Shown piece after piece: positions 51,815 to 64,000 of a DNA stretch of 64,000 nt. Made by a program: the position numbers and the translations under genes. The notes beneath the pieces were generated by a model, which saw only the letters and a program-made list of their open reading frames with translations, ran no database searches and was not told the origin of the DNA. This DNA is from Armatimonadota bacterium (lineage in GTDB: Bacteria > Armatimonadota > Fimbriimonadia > Fimbriimonadales > GBS-DC), in the NCBI GenBank assembly GCA_037444405.1, contig JBBIML010000009.1:150146-214145 (forward strand). Direction: 5' to 3'. Each line of letters opens with the position of its first letter. Within the stretch, counting starts at the first letter, position 1.

Positions 51815-54800
51815 TTATCGGGTCAGCAGGATGGGCACGACCGCACGGGCGACCTGACCATCTTCACCCAGAGCCACCAGCTCCGCCAGATAGCTGCCCG
51901 GCGGCAAAGACCGTCCCGCATCGTCGCGCCCGTCCCAGACCAGCTCCTGCACGCCCGCGCCGCGCGTGCGCGCGTCGCCCAGCGTGCGCACGGTTCGCCC
52001 GCCTGCCCGAATCTGCACCTGCAAACGCGCCTCCGCCGTCAGTGTGCAACGCAGCGTGAAGGTGTTGCCCGCGCCGCGCCCGCCCTGCACCGACGGGTTC
52101 AGCACCCGCAACAACACCCGACTGGAAACCGGCTCAATCGTGAAGCGGAACCTGCCCCCTTCGGGCGGCGCCGTGAAGGTGTAATGCCCTGCAGTGCGCA
52201 GCGGGCGTCGGGCGCCCGTGCGTTCGTCCACCAGCATCAGGCTCACCCCGCGTGGCAGGCGCAACAGATTGCCGAAGCGCAAAGTAATAACCTGCGACTG
52301 GTTGCCCGGTGCAACCACCACCTCCAGCGTCCAGCGCGCACCGCGAGACAACTCGGAACGGAAGTCGGTCGCAAAGTAGCCTTCTGCGCGAATCAAGCGC
52401 AGCTGAACGGGCGACGATTCATCGGGCGGCGGCGCCGGCGCAGGGCTTGCCCGCAAGATGCGCCCTGCTGTGATGCCGAACCACACAGGCTGGCTGATGT
52501 CCGTCCCGCTGAGCGCGTCCACACGCAACGCCCACCCTGCAGGCGGACGCCCGGCGCCGCGCTGACGACCGCGCGAGGCGTTCAGCACCAGCGTGCACTC
52601 CTCGCGTGCCAGTATCCAGTATGCCTGCCACGGCGCCAGCGTGCCCGCCACATTCGGCAGCACCTGCGGGTCGTACACCAGCGCATATTGCCCGCGCATC
52701 GGGTCGTCCGCGCTCTGCTGCCACACCCACAGGTAGTCCTCAAGCCAGCCACTCTGCTGGGCTTCCTGCAGGCTCTTGCGCGTGCTGCCCTGCTGCACCT
52801 GCACCGCCTCCAGATCCCATTCAATCGGTTCCAGTGTGGGGTTCGCAATCAGGTTCCAGCCGGGCTGGAGCGGGATCACAATCTCGCCTGTGATGGGGTT
52901 GCCGTACAGGTTCGGCTGGATGGGTGTGGTCGCCTTGATGAAGTAGCCCTCGCCGGGCTGCAGCTGGCTGACGCTGGTGTATTGCTGGGCGATGGCGTTC
53001 CAGCGCACGATAATGACGCCGTTCAGTCCGAGCGTGCCGGGATCGCTGGGGCTGGTGCGCAGGCTGAGCGCGAAGGTGCGGACGCCCTGCAGGCGCTGGG
53101 GCACAGCAGCGCTGATGTTGAGAGTGCGGGTCGCGCTCCAGTTGCTCCAGTTGCCTGCCACATCGCGGGCGCGCGCCTGCCAGCGGAGTGTGCCCTCTGG
53201 CAACGGGCGCGATTCGGGCACGGGGAACGCCAGCGTGGAGCCGCTGGGCACCTGATCGGTGCTGAAAGTGAGCGTTTGCGAGCCTGTGGTGATTTGGATT
53301 TCGAATGAGACGGGCTGTCCTTCGGGGTCGGTGGCTCGCAGGCGGAAGATGGGCGTGCGCGAGGTATAGGCGCCGTCGGCAGGGGCGAGCAGTTCCGGTG
53401 TGCCGGGCGGGTTGTCGGGCTGCGGAACGGTGAATCGGATGGGCGGTGTCCAGTCGCTCATGGCGTCCTGATTATCGCGGGCGCGCGCCCGCCAGGTGTA
53501 GCTGCCCGGCGATAACGCCTGCGATTGCGGCACTGTGAAGCTCGCCACTGTGCCGCTGGACACTGCACTCGTGGTGAACTCGAATGGCACGCCCGACGGC
53601 GGCGTGATCTGGATAATCGCGCTCACTGTGTCGCCGTCAGGGTCGCTCACGCGCACGCGGAAGGTGGGCGTGGGCGTCACCTGCGCGTTATCGGCAGGCT
53701 CCACCAGCACGGGCACATCGGGCGGACGATTGGTCGCGGAAACGGTGAAGGCGAAGTTGCCGCTCCAGTCGCTCAGGTTGCCGTGGCTATCCTGCGCGCG
53801 CGCCCGCCAGGTGTAACTGCCCGCGCTCAGCGGCTGGCTGGTGGGAATGCTGACGCTCGCTTCCGAACCGCTGGCAACGAATCCCGTCTCCAGCGTGCGC
53901 GTACCGCCCGATAGGGCGGTGATTTCGATCACCGCCTTGACCGTATCGCCGTTCGGGTCGCTCACGCGCACGCGGAAGGTGGGCGTCGGCGCGACGGTGC
54001 TGCCATCGGAGGGACTGACCAGCACAGGCACATCGGGCGGTTGGTCTGGCTGGGGCACAGTAAAGCGGCGCGGGTCAGTCCAGCCGCTCTCGCCGTTATA
54101 GTTGTCCTGCGCCTTCGCCCGCCAGGTGTAGCTGCCCGGCGATAATGCCTGCGATTGCGGCACTGTGAAGCTCACTTCGCTCCCGCTCGCCACGAAACCG
54201 GTCTGGAAAGTAAGGGTCTGGTTGTTGCCCGTGATTTCGATCACGGCGCGCACACTATCGCCATCAGGGTCGCTCAGGCGCAGACGGAAGGTGGGCGTGG
54301 CGGTCAGCGTGGCGTTATCGGCAGGCTCCAGAATCGTGGGCTTGCCAGGCGCCTGATTGGCAATCGTGAGCGTGCGGGGCTGGCTCCACGCGCTGCTGGC
54401 GCCCTGCGCGTCGGTCGCCCGCGCTCGCCAGCGATAGACATCGGGCAGCAGCGGCTGGTCGGTGGGTATCCCGAAGGAGATGGTCGTGCCGCTGTTGACC
54501 AGCCCGGAGGTGTAGGTGCGCGTGCGGTTCTGGCTATCGGTAATCTCCACTGTTGCCTGCACCTGATCGCCGTCGGGGTCGCTCACCTGCACCTGGAAGG
54601 TGGGCGTGCGACTGGTGAGGCTGGCGTTCTCGGCGGGGCTGACCAGCACGGGTACATCGGGCGGCTGATTGGGCGGACCGGTAATCCATGCCATCGCCAG
54701 CCCATCTTCACCGCCGGTGAGCATCGCCTGACCGTCGGGGGAAAGGGCAAGCGCGTAGACGGGCGTATCGTGCAGGCTCAGCTGCCGATAGAGCGCGCCG

Positions 54801-56485
54801 CTGCTCGCTGTCCAGATACGCGCCACGCCGTCCCAGCTCGTGGTGATGAGCAGCGAGCCGTCGGGCGTGAACGCCGCGCGCGAAACGGGGCTTGTGTGGC
54901 TGAGCGTAATAAACTCGGTGCCCGTCGCCACATCCCAGATTCGGGCGTTCGCGTCGGTGCTGGTCGAAGCCAGTCGCGTGCCGTCGGGCGAAAATGCGAG
55001 ATGCGTGACGGATTCCGTGTGGGCGTTGAGGGTGCGTACCAGCGCGCCCGTGCCCGCGTTCCAGAGCCGAACGACACCGCTCGAATCGCCCGTGGCGATG
55101 AGAGCGCTATCGGGTGCGAACGCGACCGCCGTTGCACCGCCTGTATGACCCGATAGCGAGCGTAATGCGCCCCCTGTCGCCACCGCCCAGAGCTGAACCG
55201 TGCCATCCATGCTCGCCGTGGCAAGCAGCGTGCCGTCGGGCGAGAAGGCAACCGCTTTGATTTCCCAGCTGCTCACCGACCACTGGCGCACGATGGCGCC
55301 GCCGGGCATCGATCGCAGCACAACAGTGCCATTCCAGTCGCCGGTGGCAATCAGGGCGCCGTCGGGCGAGACGGCGAGCGCCAGAATCGGCGAATCCTGC
55401 TCGGCGTAGGTTTGCTGGTGGCTGCCGTCGCTCGCGTTCCAGCGTCGGAGGGTCGCGTCGAAGCCTGCCGAGATGACCGAGCCGCCGGTGATGAAGCCGA
55501 CGCCATACACCGTGTCGGCGAGCGCGGGCAGCGCGCCCTGCGCCGCGCCGTCCGATACGCGCCAGAACCGAACGCCGTCGCCGCCCCCGGAGGTCAGGCG
55601 CGAGCCGTCGGGCGAGAGCGCCATGCTCATCACCTCGCGCGTCAGTCCCGTGATGGTGTAGAGCGGGCTGCCGTCGGCGGGGTTCCACGCGCGGATGCTC
55701 GCGTCCCAGCTGCCCGACAGCAGGCGCGCCCCGCCGGGCGTGAATATCAGGCTGCTAATACGATCTGCATGCCCGCTGAGCGTGCGCAGCCAGCCACCAT
55801 CGCTCGTTGACCAGAGCCGAATCTCGCCGTCGTTGCTGCCAGTGGCAAGCAGGGTGCCGTCGGGCGAGAGGGCAACCGCCCACACAGGTGTCGCGTGCGC
55901 ATTAATGGTGATCAGCACCTCGCCTGTGCTGACTCGCCAGAGGCGTGCCGTGCCGTCCCAGCTGCCTGTCGCCAGCGTCTGGCTATTGGCGGTGAAGGCG
56001 AGGCTGGCGACGCCTGCCGTGTGCCCGCTGAGCGTGCGAACTGCCGCGCCCGTGCCGGCGTTCCAGAGCCGGGCGGTGTTGTCGGTGCCGCCCGTCGCCA
56101 GCAGCGTACCATCCGGGGAGAAAGCGACCGCCAGCGCGGCGCCTGCGTGCGCGTTAATCGTCGCGACGCTCGCGCCCGTGCTGACCTGCCAGAGAATCAC
56201 GCGCCCGTCGTCGCCAGCAGAGGCTAATCGCTGACTGTTCGGCGCGAACGCCAGCGCGTTCACAGGCGCCGAGTGCCCGCGCAACACGCGCACCAGGCGA
56301 TAGTCGCTGGTTCGATACAGGGCAATCTGTCCGCCCGCTGCCGACACCGCCAGATATTGACCATCGGGCGAGAGGGCAACCGCCTGACCGTTCAGAATCG
56401 GCTGACGCCAGAGCAGGTCCTGGGCGCCAGCCACCACGATTACAAGGGTCAGCAGACCACCAATCAGCCACCGTGCGCTTTGCAT
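51815..56485 (-). CDS. Giant secreted protein: about 14 WD40 repeats, five Ig/Fn3-like repeats, C-terminal FlgD-Ig-like domain
   Basis: Signal peptide, GH...AFSPDG..LATGS.D..W repeats, ~105-aa PTFRVRVSDPDGD...YTWRARA repeats, WDGRDDAGRSLPPGSY. Confidence 0.9.
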   Translation of the reverse strand: MQSARWLIGGLLTLVIVVAGAQDLLWRQPILNGQAVALSPDGQYLAVSAAGGQIALYRTSDYRLVRVLRGHSAPVNALAFAPNSQRLASAGDDGRVILWQVSTGASVATINAHAGAALAVAFSPDGTLLATGGTDNTARLWNAGTGAAVRTLSGHTAGVASLAFTANSQTLATGSWDGTARLWRVSTGEVLITINAHATPVWAVALSPDGTLLATGSNDGEIRLWSTSDGGWLRTLSGHADRISSLIFTPGGARLLSGSWDASIRAWNPADGSPLYTITGLTREVMSMALSPDGSRLTSGGGDGVRFWRVSDGAAQGALPALADTVYGVGFITGGSVISAGFDATLRRWNASDGSHQQTYAEQDSPILALAVSPDGALIATGDWNGTVVLRSMPGGAIVRQWSVSSWEIKAVAFSPDGTLLATASMDGTVQLWAVATGGALRSLSGHTGGATAVAFAPDSALIATGDSSGVVRLWNAGTGALVRTLNAHTESVTHLAFSPDGTRLASTSTDANARIWDVATGTEFITLSHTSPVSRAAFTPDGSLLITTSWDGVARIWTASSGALYRQLSLHDTPVYALALSPDGQAMLTGGEDGLAMAWITGPPNQPPDVPVLVSPAENASLTSRTPTFQVQVSDPDGDQVQATVEITDSQNRTRTYTSGLVNSGTTISFGIPTDQPLLPDVYRWRARATDAQGASSAWSQPRTLTIANQAPGKPTILEPADNATLTATPTFRLRLSDPDGDSVRAVIEITGNNQTLTFQTGFVASGSEVSFTVPQSQALSPGSYTWRAKAQDNYNGESGWTDPRRFTVPQPDQPPDVPVLVSPSDGSTVAPTPTFRVRVSDPNGDTVKAVIEITALSGGTRTLETGFVASGSEASVSIPTSQPLSAGSYTWRARAQDSHGNLSDWSGNFAFTVSATNRPPDVPVLVEPADNAQVTPTPTFRVRVSDPDGDTVSAIIQITPPSGVPFEFTTSAVSSGTVASFTVPQSQALSPGSYTWRARARDNQDAMSDWTPPIRFTVPQPDNPPGTPELLAPADGAYTSRTPIFRLRATDPEGQPVSFEIQITTGSQTLTFSTDQVPSGSTLAFPVPESRPLPEGTLRWQARARDVAGNWSNWSATRTLNISAAVPQRLQGVRTFALSLRTSPSDPGTLGLNGVIIVRWNAIAQQYTSVSQLQPGEGYFIKATTPIQPNLYGNPITGEIVIPLQPGWNLIANPTLEPIEWDLEAVQVQQGSTRKSLQEAQQSGWLEDYLWVWQQSADDPMRGQYALVYDPQVLPNVAGTLAPWQAYWILAREECTLVLNASRGRQRGAGRPPAGWALRVDALSGTDISQPVWFGITAGRILRASPAPAPPPDESSPVQLRLIRAEGYFATDFRSELSRGARWTLEVVVAPGNQSQVITLRFGNLLRLPRGVSLMLVDERTGARRPLRTAGHYTFTAPPEGGRFRFTIEPVSSRVLLRVLNPSVQGGRGAGNTFTLRCTLTAEARLQVQIRAGGRTVRTLGDARTRGAGVQELVWDGRDDAGRSLPPGSYLAELVALGEDGQVARAVVPILLTR

Positions 56486-56542
56486 CCCGTGCCGATTATC
56501 GGCATCGGGGCAGGGAAATTTAACAGGGGCGCGGCGTCGCGA

Positions 56543-58297
56543 TCAGCCCATCTCGCTTTGCAGCCGCTGGAGCAGTTCTTCGAGGCTCATGGCGCCGAGG
56601 TCGCCCGCCTCACGACTGCGCACCGCCACCCGATTGCTCTCCACCTCCTTATCGCCCACAATCAGCATATAGGGCACTTTCTGGGTCTGGTGGTAGCGGA
56701 TTTTGTAGCCGAGCGTCTCGCGGCGGGTGTCCAGCTCGACGCGATAGCCCGCCGCGCGCAGGTGTTCATACACCTGACGCGCGTACTCCAGATGGCGGTC
56801 GGCAATCGGCAGGATGGCGAGCTGCACCGGCGCCAGCCACAGCGGAAACGCGCCCGCGTAATGCTCGATCAGGAAGCCCATCATGCGCTCAAAGGAGCCA
56901 ATCGGCGCACGATGGATAATCACCGGGCGGTGCGGCTTACCGTCCTCGCCCGTGTACTCCAGATCGAAGCGGTGCGCCATCAGAAAATCGAGCTGCACGG
57001 TGGAGATGGTCCACTCGCGTCCCAGGCAGTCGCGCACCTCCACATCGAGCTTGGGTCCGTAGAACGCCGCCTCGCCCTTCACCGTGATGTAGTCCAGTTT
57101 CAGCTCGTCGAGCGCCTCGCGCAGGGCGGCTTCAGCGGTCTCCCACATCTGGTCATCGTCGATATACTTCTCCTTGTTGTCGGGGTCGCGCAGGGAGAGC
57201 CGATACCAGAAGTCGGTCAGGTTCAGACGCCGATATACGGTCTGGATCAGCTCGATGTTGTGTTGCACTTCGGCTTTGATCTGTTCAGGTCGGAGGAACA
57301 CATGGGCGTCGTTGATGGTGAAGCAGCGCACGCGGATCAGCCCCGACAGCTCGCCGCTCTTCTCATAGCGGTAGACGGTGCCCAGCTCGGCGATGCGCAG
57401 CGGCAGGTCGCGATAGGAGCGCGGCTCCGATTTGTAGATGAGGAAGTGATGGGGGCAGTTCATCGGGCGCAGGATTAGCTCCTCGCCGTCCTCAAACACC
57501 ATCGGCGGGTACATGGAGTCTTTGTAATAGGGGTAGTGCCCGCTGATGCGATAGAGGTTAAGGTTGGCGATTTCGGGCGTGCGCACATGCTGATAGCCCG
57601 CTTTGAGTTCCTCCTGCAGGATGAACTCTTCCAGCACGCGGCGGATGGTGGCGCCTTTGGGCAGCAGCATGGGCAGTCCGGGCCCGACTTCAGGCGAGAT
57701 GAGGAACAGCCCCAGCTCGCGCCCTAACCGGCGATGGTCGCGCTTCTTCGCCTCCTCCAGACGGCGCAGGTAGTCCTCTAACTCCTGCTGGCTGAAGAAG
57801 GCGGTGCCGTAGATGCGGGTGAGCATCTTGTTGCGCTCGTCGCCGCGCCAGTACGCGCCCGCGATGGAGAGCAGCTTGAAGTGCTTGATCTCGCCCGTGT
57901 TCGGCACATGGGGACCGCGGCAGAGGTCAATAAAATCGTCCTGTTTATAGAAGCTGATGGTCTCGCCTTCGGGGATGGCGTCGAGCAGTTCGAGCTTATA
58001 GGGCACCTGCCCGATCTGCTCGATGATGCGGCGGGCTTCCTCGCGCGAGGTCTCGATGCGCACGATGTCGAGATTGCGCGCGGCGATCTCGCGCATTTTC
58101 GCCTCGATTTTGGGCAGGTCTTCCTCGCCGATAGGCTCGGGCAGGTCAAAATCGTAGTAGAAGCCGTTTTCGATGGGCGGTCCGATGCCCAGCTTGGCGC
58201 CCGGATAGAGTTCCAGCACCGCCTGTGCCAGCAGGTGTGCCGCCGAGTGCCTCAGCCGATAGAGCGGACTGTCGGGATAGTCGTACTTCGCGCTCAT
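56543..58297 (-). CDS. thrS: Threonine--tRNA ligase (short N-terminus, no TGS domain)
   Basis: RHSAAHLLAQAV, DLCRGPH, KKRDHR, RPMNCPHH, AAFYGPKLD, TVQLDF, IHRA. Confidence 0.98.
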   Translation of the reverse strand: MSAKYDYPDSPLYRLRHSAAHLLAQAVLELYPGAKLGIGPPIENGFYYDFDLPEPIGEEDLPKIEAKMREIAARNLDIVRIETSREEARRIIEQIGQVPYKLELLDAIPEGETISFYKQDDFIDLCRGPHVPNTGEIKHFKLLSIAGAYWRGDERNKMLTRIYGTAFFSQQELEDYLRRLEEAKKRDHRRLGRELGLFLISPEVGPGLPMLLPKGATIRRVLEEFILQEELKAGYQHVRTPEIANLNLYRISGHYPYYKDSMYPPMVFEDGEELILRPMNCPHHFLIYKSEPRSYRDLPLRIAELGTVYRYEKSGELSGLIRVRCFTINDAHVFLRPEQIKAEVQHNIELIQTVYRRLNLTDFWYRLSLRDPDNKEKYIDDDQMWETAEAALREALDELKLDYITVKGEAAFYGPKLDVEVRDCLGREWTISTVQLDFLMAHRFDLEYTGEDGKPHRPVIIHRAPIGSFERMMGFLIEHYAGAFPLWLAPVQLAILPIADRHLEYARQVYEHLRAAGYRVELDTRRETLGYKIRYHQTQKVPYMLIVGDKEVESNRVAVRSREAGDLGAMSLEELLQRLQSEMG

Positions 58298-58415
58298 CGC
58301 CACCTCCGTGCAGGCAATTATACCCGCGCAGGGGTTTCAAACGGCATCAGCGGTCACCACCCATTGGCACACCATAGCAGAATGGGGTATAATTTCTCGA
58401 GGAATGGTAACCTTT

Positions 58416-58625
58416 ATGCGCTATCAGGTGCTGCTCAAGAAAACCGATGAGGGCTATGCCGTCTGGTGTCCGGGCTTGCCGGGTTGCTGGTCACAAGGGG
58501 TCACAGAGGAGGAAGCCCTGCAGAACATTCGCGACGCCATCCAGGAATATTTAGAGGTCGCCCGGCAGATGCGAGGCGAGAGCGACGAGGTGCGCGAGGT
58601 AGAGGTTCGTCTCGAACATGCCTAA
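58416..58625 (+). CDS. hicB: HicB-family antitoxin (short form)
   Basis: GYAVWCPGLPGCWSQGVTEEEALQNIRDAI. Confidence 0.9.
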   Translation: MRYQVLLKKTDEGYAVWCPGLPGCWSQGVTEEEALQNIRDAIQEYLEVARQMRGESDEVREVEVRLEHA

Positions 58626-58833
58626 ACTGGCTGGCGTCAACCATGAGCAGGCAGTGTGTGCCTTGCAAAAGGCGGGATTTTGGATCGCAAGGCATGGAAA
58701 GCACATCGTGATGACAGATGGAACGCGAATCGTGACGATTCCGCGTGCAAATCCAATCAATGCATACACAATGGGTGGAATCGTTCGCGACGCGGGTTTG
58801 ACCGTTGAGGAGTTTAAGGAGCTGCTAAAGTAG
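58618..58833 (+). CDS. hicA: HicA-family toxin
   Basis: ALQKAGF, GKHIVM, VTIP, IVRDAGLTVEEF; overlaps hicB by 8 nt. Confidence 0.9.
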   Translation: MPKLAGVNHEQAVCALQKAGFWIARHGKHIVMTDGTRIVTIPRANPINAYTMGGIVRDAGLTVEEFKELLK

Positions 58834-58847
58834 CTTTGTCGTTGCCT

Positions 58848-62047
<3,200 letters not shown>

Positions 62048-62476
62048 TACCAGCCGGGCAATTCTGTCGTCAATTAAGCGATGGGTGCAAAAAAACGGGG
62101 CTGTCAGGCGATTAATAAAGTGGATGTTGCCCGGTAGGAAGGTAGCATCCGAAATCTGAACACTGGAGATGTATAAGATGTGGAGCATGCGAAAAAACCA
62201 GATGCAATGGCTGATAGGCAACCCTGCACGGAGGGCTGCTGGAGTTCATCGCTATCAGATGATCGTACCTATCCTCATTAGTTCAGTGGTGTTGTCTGTT
62301 TTAAGCTGTCCCGCCCAGAATGGAGGAACGGACGAAGAAAATCCGATAGTGACTTTTACAACTGACATCTAGTAGAGCGATCTCGTAGACCTTTTCGCTA
62401 CCTGTGCGTGAATCATTCTTGTCCTCGCCCTTAACCAGCGCGAACACTTGAGATCAGTTGAGGAGGTGTAATAACA

Positions 62477-63436
62477 ATGCATACGCTTGAACGAGTTGGT
62501 GCGGCGGCACTGGGAATTGGATGGCTGAGCCTGCTGTTTATCCAAGGCTCTGGCTACAGTCCTGAGCAGGTGCTTCAGGCGTTGCAGGAAAACGACCAAA
62601 TCTTCTGGCAAAACTATAGCCTGACTCTATCAGTGGAATCCCCCGATTTTTGGCAACAGACCGTCAGCTACCGTTTGCGGGCGACCTCCAACCAAAGAGC
62701 AACGGTTGTCATTCGCGATCAGGTCTACTATCACGGCAATCCCACCTACTCTACATTGGTGGAGTGGGGTAAGCAGTTCTCCATGCCCAATCCGTTTGAT
62801 ACCCTTCTTGGCGAGCCGTATATTCGGTGGACGCAGACATGGTATCTTCAGGAGGGTAAACTCTACGCGGAGGCGGAAAGACCAGAAACTGTATTTATTT
62901 CGCCCGAAAATACTGTGAAATCAGTTAGTCCTTGGCCATATCTATCTTTGTTCATCCGTCGATCGAGCAACTGCCCTTCGTATAACTGGCTAAAATATGG
63001 AGAAAACGCTTTGGGGCGTGGTTTCAGTCCATACTTGGGCAGTGCACTATCCGTGAGAGAACTTCCTGATGGTCGACTGGAGTTCTGGGCGACTGACAAA
63101 ACGGTTGCTGGCAATCGGTGGAGGCTGATAATTGACCCCTCACGCAGGTTTTTAGTCGTGCAGGCTGAACTGCTCAAATCAGACGGAACTATCCGAGAAC
63201 GATGGCAATCCGAGGGAGTAGTTGAGGCGACTATCCCGATTGCGAGACGCGGTACAATGTACTGGTATAACAACAATACGCCGCCTGAGATAAGTCGTTT
63301 TGAGTGCGTGAGTTATGAACCTTGCTTCCGAGCGGATTGGTATGAAGAGGTCAGGCAGTTGATACGCCGCCCACCTGCTGGCACCGAGGTTATAGACTAT
63401 CGTGTGGAACCCTTCACAACCTTTACTATAAAGTGA
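62477..63436 (+). CDS. Secreted or membrane-anchored hypothetical protein (low GC)
   Basis: 319-aa ORF, strong SD GAGGAGG, hydrophobic N-terminus; no family recognised. Confidence 0.7.
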   Translation: MHTLERVGAAALGIGWLSLLFIQGSGYSPEQVLQALQENDQIFWQNYSLTLSVESPDFWQQTVSYRLRATSNQRATVVIRDQVYYHGNPTYSTLVEWGKQFSMPNPFDTLLGEPYIRWTQTWYLQEGKLYAEAERPETVFISPENTVKSVSPWPYLSLFIRRSSNCPSYNWLKYGENALGRGFSPYLGSALSVRELPDGRLEFWATDKTVAGNRWRLIIDPSRRFLVVQAELLKSDGTIRERWQSEGVVEATIPIARRGTMYWYNNNTPPEISRFECVSYEPCFRADWYEEVRQLIRRPPAGTEVIDYRVEPFTTFTIK

Positions 63437-63491
63437 AGGGCTGCAGGGAATGGTTTTCGTCAGGTAGAATCCTCAGCGTGGAGGGGAAAGG

Positions 63492-64000
63492 ATGTCCGAA
63501 GAGGAGCGTGGCAGGTGGCTGAAAAGGCTGAAAGCGATAGGTATCAGCGATGATGATGCTGAAGACATGTTGCAGGACGCCCTCGTGAAGGCGTTTGACT
63601 ATCTGTGTCGCCAGCATCCTGATGCTGACTCAGAAGCCATTGAAAGACTGTTGACAGATGCCTTTCTGAAACAGGTTATCAAATGCCATGTGATTGATTT
63701 TTTCCGAACGAAAAACAGGGAGCTAAAGTTCCTTCACGAATATATCGCTAACTGCCAGCTGCTGTCGCCCGACGAGGACGACTGGTGGACGCTTCAGGCG
63801 GCGTATGAGGTACTGAACCGTCTGCCTGAATGCTGGCAAAAGGTTGCCCAGTGGCAGGTGCAGGGCTACAGCTGGCAAGAGATAGCCACCCTAACGGGCA
63901 AACCGGTAGGAACTTTAGCACCTGGTCTGGAGCGCGCTATCGATGTGGCTTGTGAAAATTTAAGCTACTCTCGAAAAAAAAAAGCAATCATTGATTTTCA
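63492..64000 (+). CDS. ECF-type sigma-70 factor, open to the window end (not in the ORF track)
   Basis: My translation: MSEEERGRWL...DAEDMLQDALVKA...VIDFFR...LNRLPECWQ...GYSWQEIATLTGKPVGT; SD GGAGG, GGTAGAAT box at 63463-63470. Confidence 0.8.
   Translation, partial: MSEEERGRWLKRLKAIGISDDDAEDMLQDALVKAFDYLCRQHPDADSEAIERLLTDAFLKQVIKCHVIDFFRTKNRELKFLHEYIANCQLLSPDEDDWWTLQAAYEVLNRLPECWQKVAQWQVQGYSWQEIATLTGKPVGTLAPGLERAIDVACENLSYSRKKKAIIDF

Noticed and set aside
58298..58415. T-box leader upstream of thrS
   Set aside because: The -10 box is about 20 nt from the start codon and no T-box sequence or terminator is present.

Overview
GC-rich bacterial chromosomal segment with no rRNA, tRNA, CRISPR array, transposase, integrase or prophage module that I could see. 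The protein families suggest Armatimonadota (Fimbriimonadia-like); this is inference, not a database result. Housekeeping genes: prmA, rsmE, gcvH, gcvPA, ligA, lexA, panC, hutU, a ubiD-family decarboxylase, ggt, pheA, thrS, obgE. Non-coding elements read from the DNA: a large Alu-domain-type SRP RNA (40470-40744, minus), a yybP-ykoY Mn2+ riboswitch with terminator ahead of terC, an inverted REP doublet, a palindromic element lying in frame inside ligA, an ArsR operator, and a recurrent GGTAYAAT promoter motif that often sits only 6-9 nt from the start codon. Accessory content: an ArsR-controlled mer operon, hicBA, one intact and one truncated Uma2 gene, a doubly deleted HEPN-MNT remnant, and a low-GC tail with an ECF sigma factor missing from the ORF track. 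The best candidate for an undescribed system is a set of five unrelated secreted proteins that end in the same dockerin-like tag with co-varying cysteines. One of them is a tiny protein translationally coupled to a secreted tail-fibre-like protein, suggesting a non-cellulosomal surface-display or assembly system.
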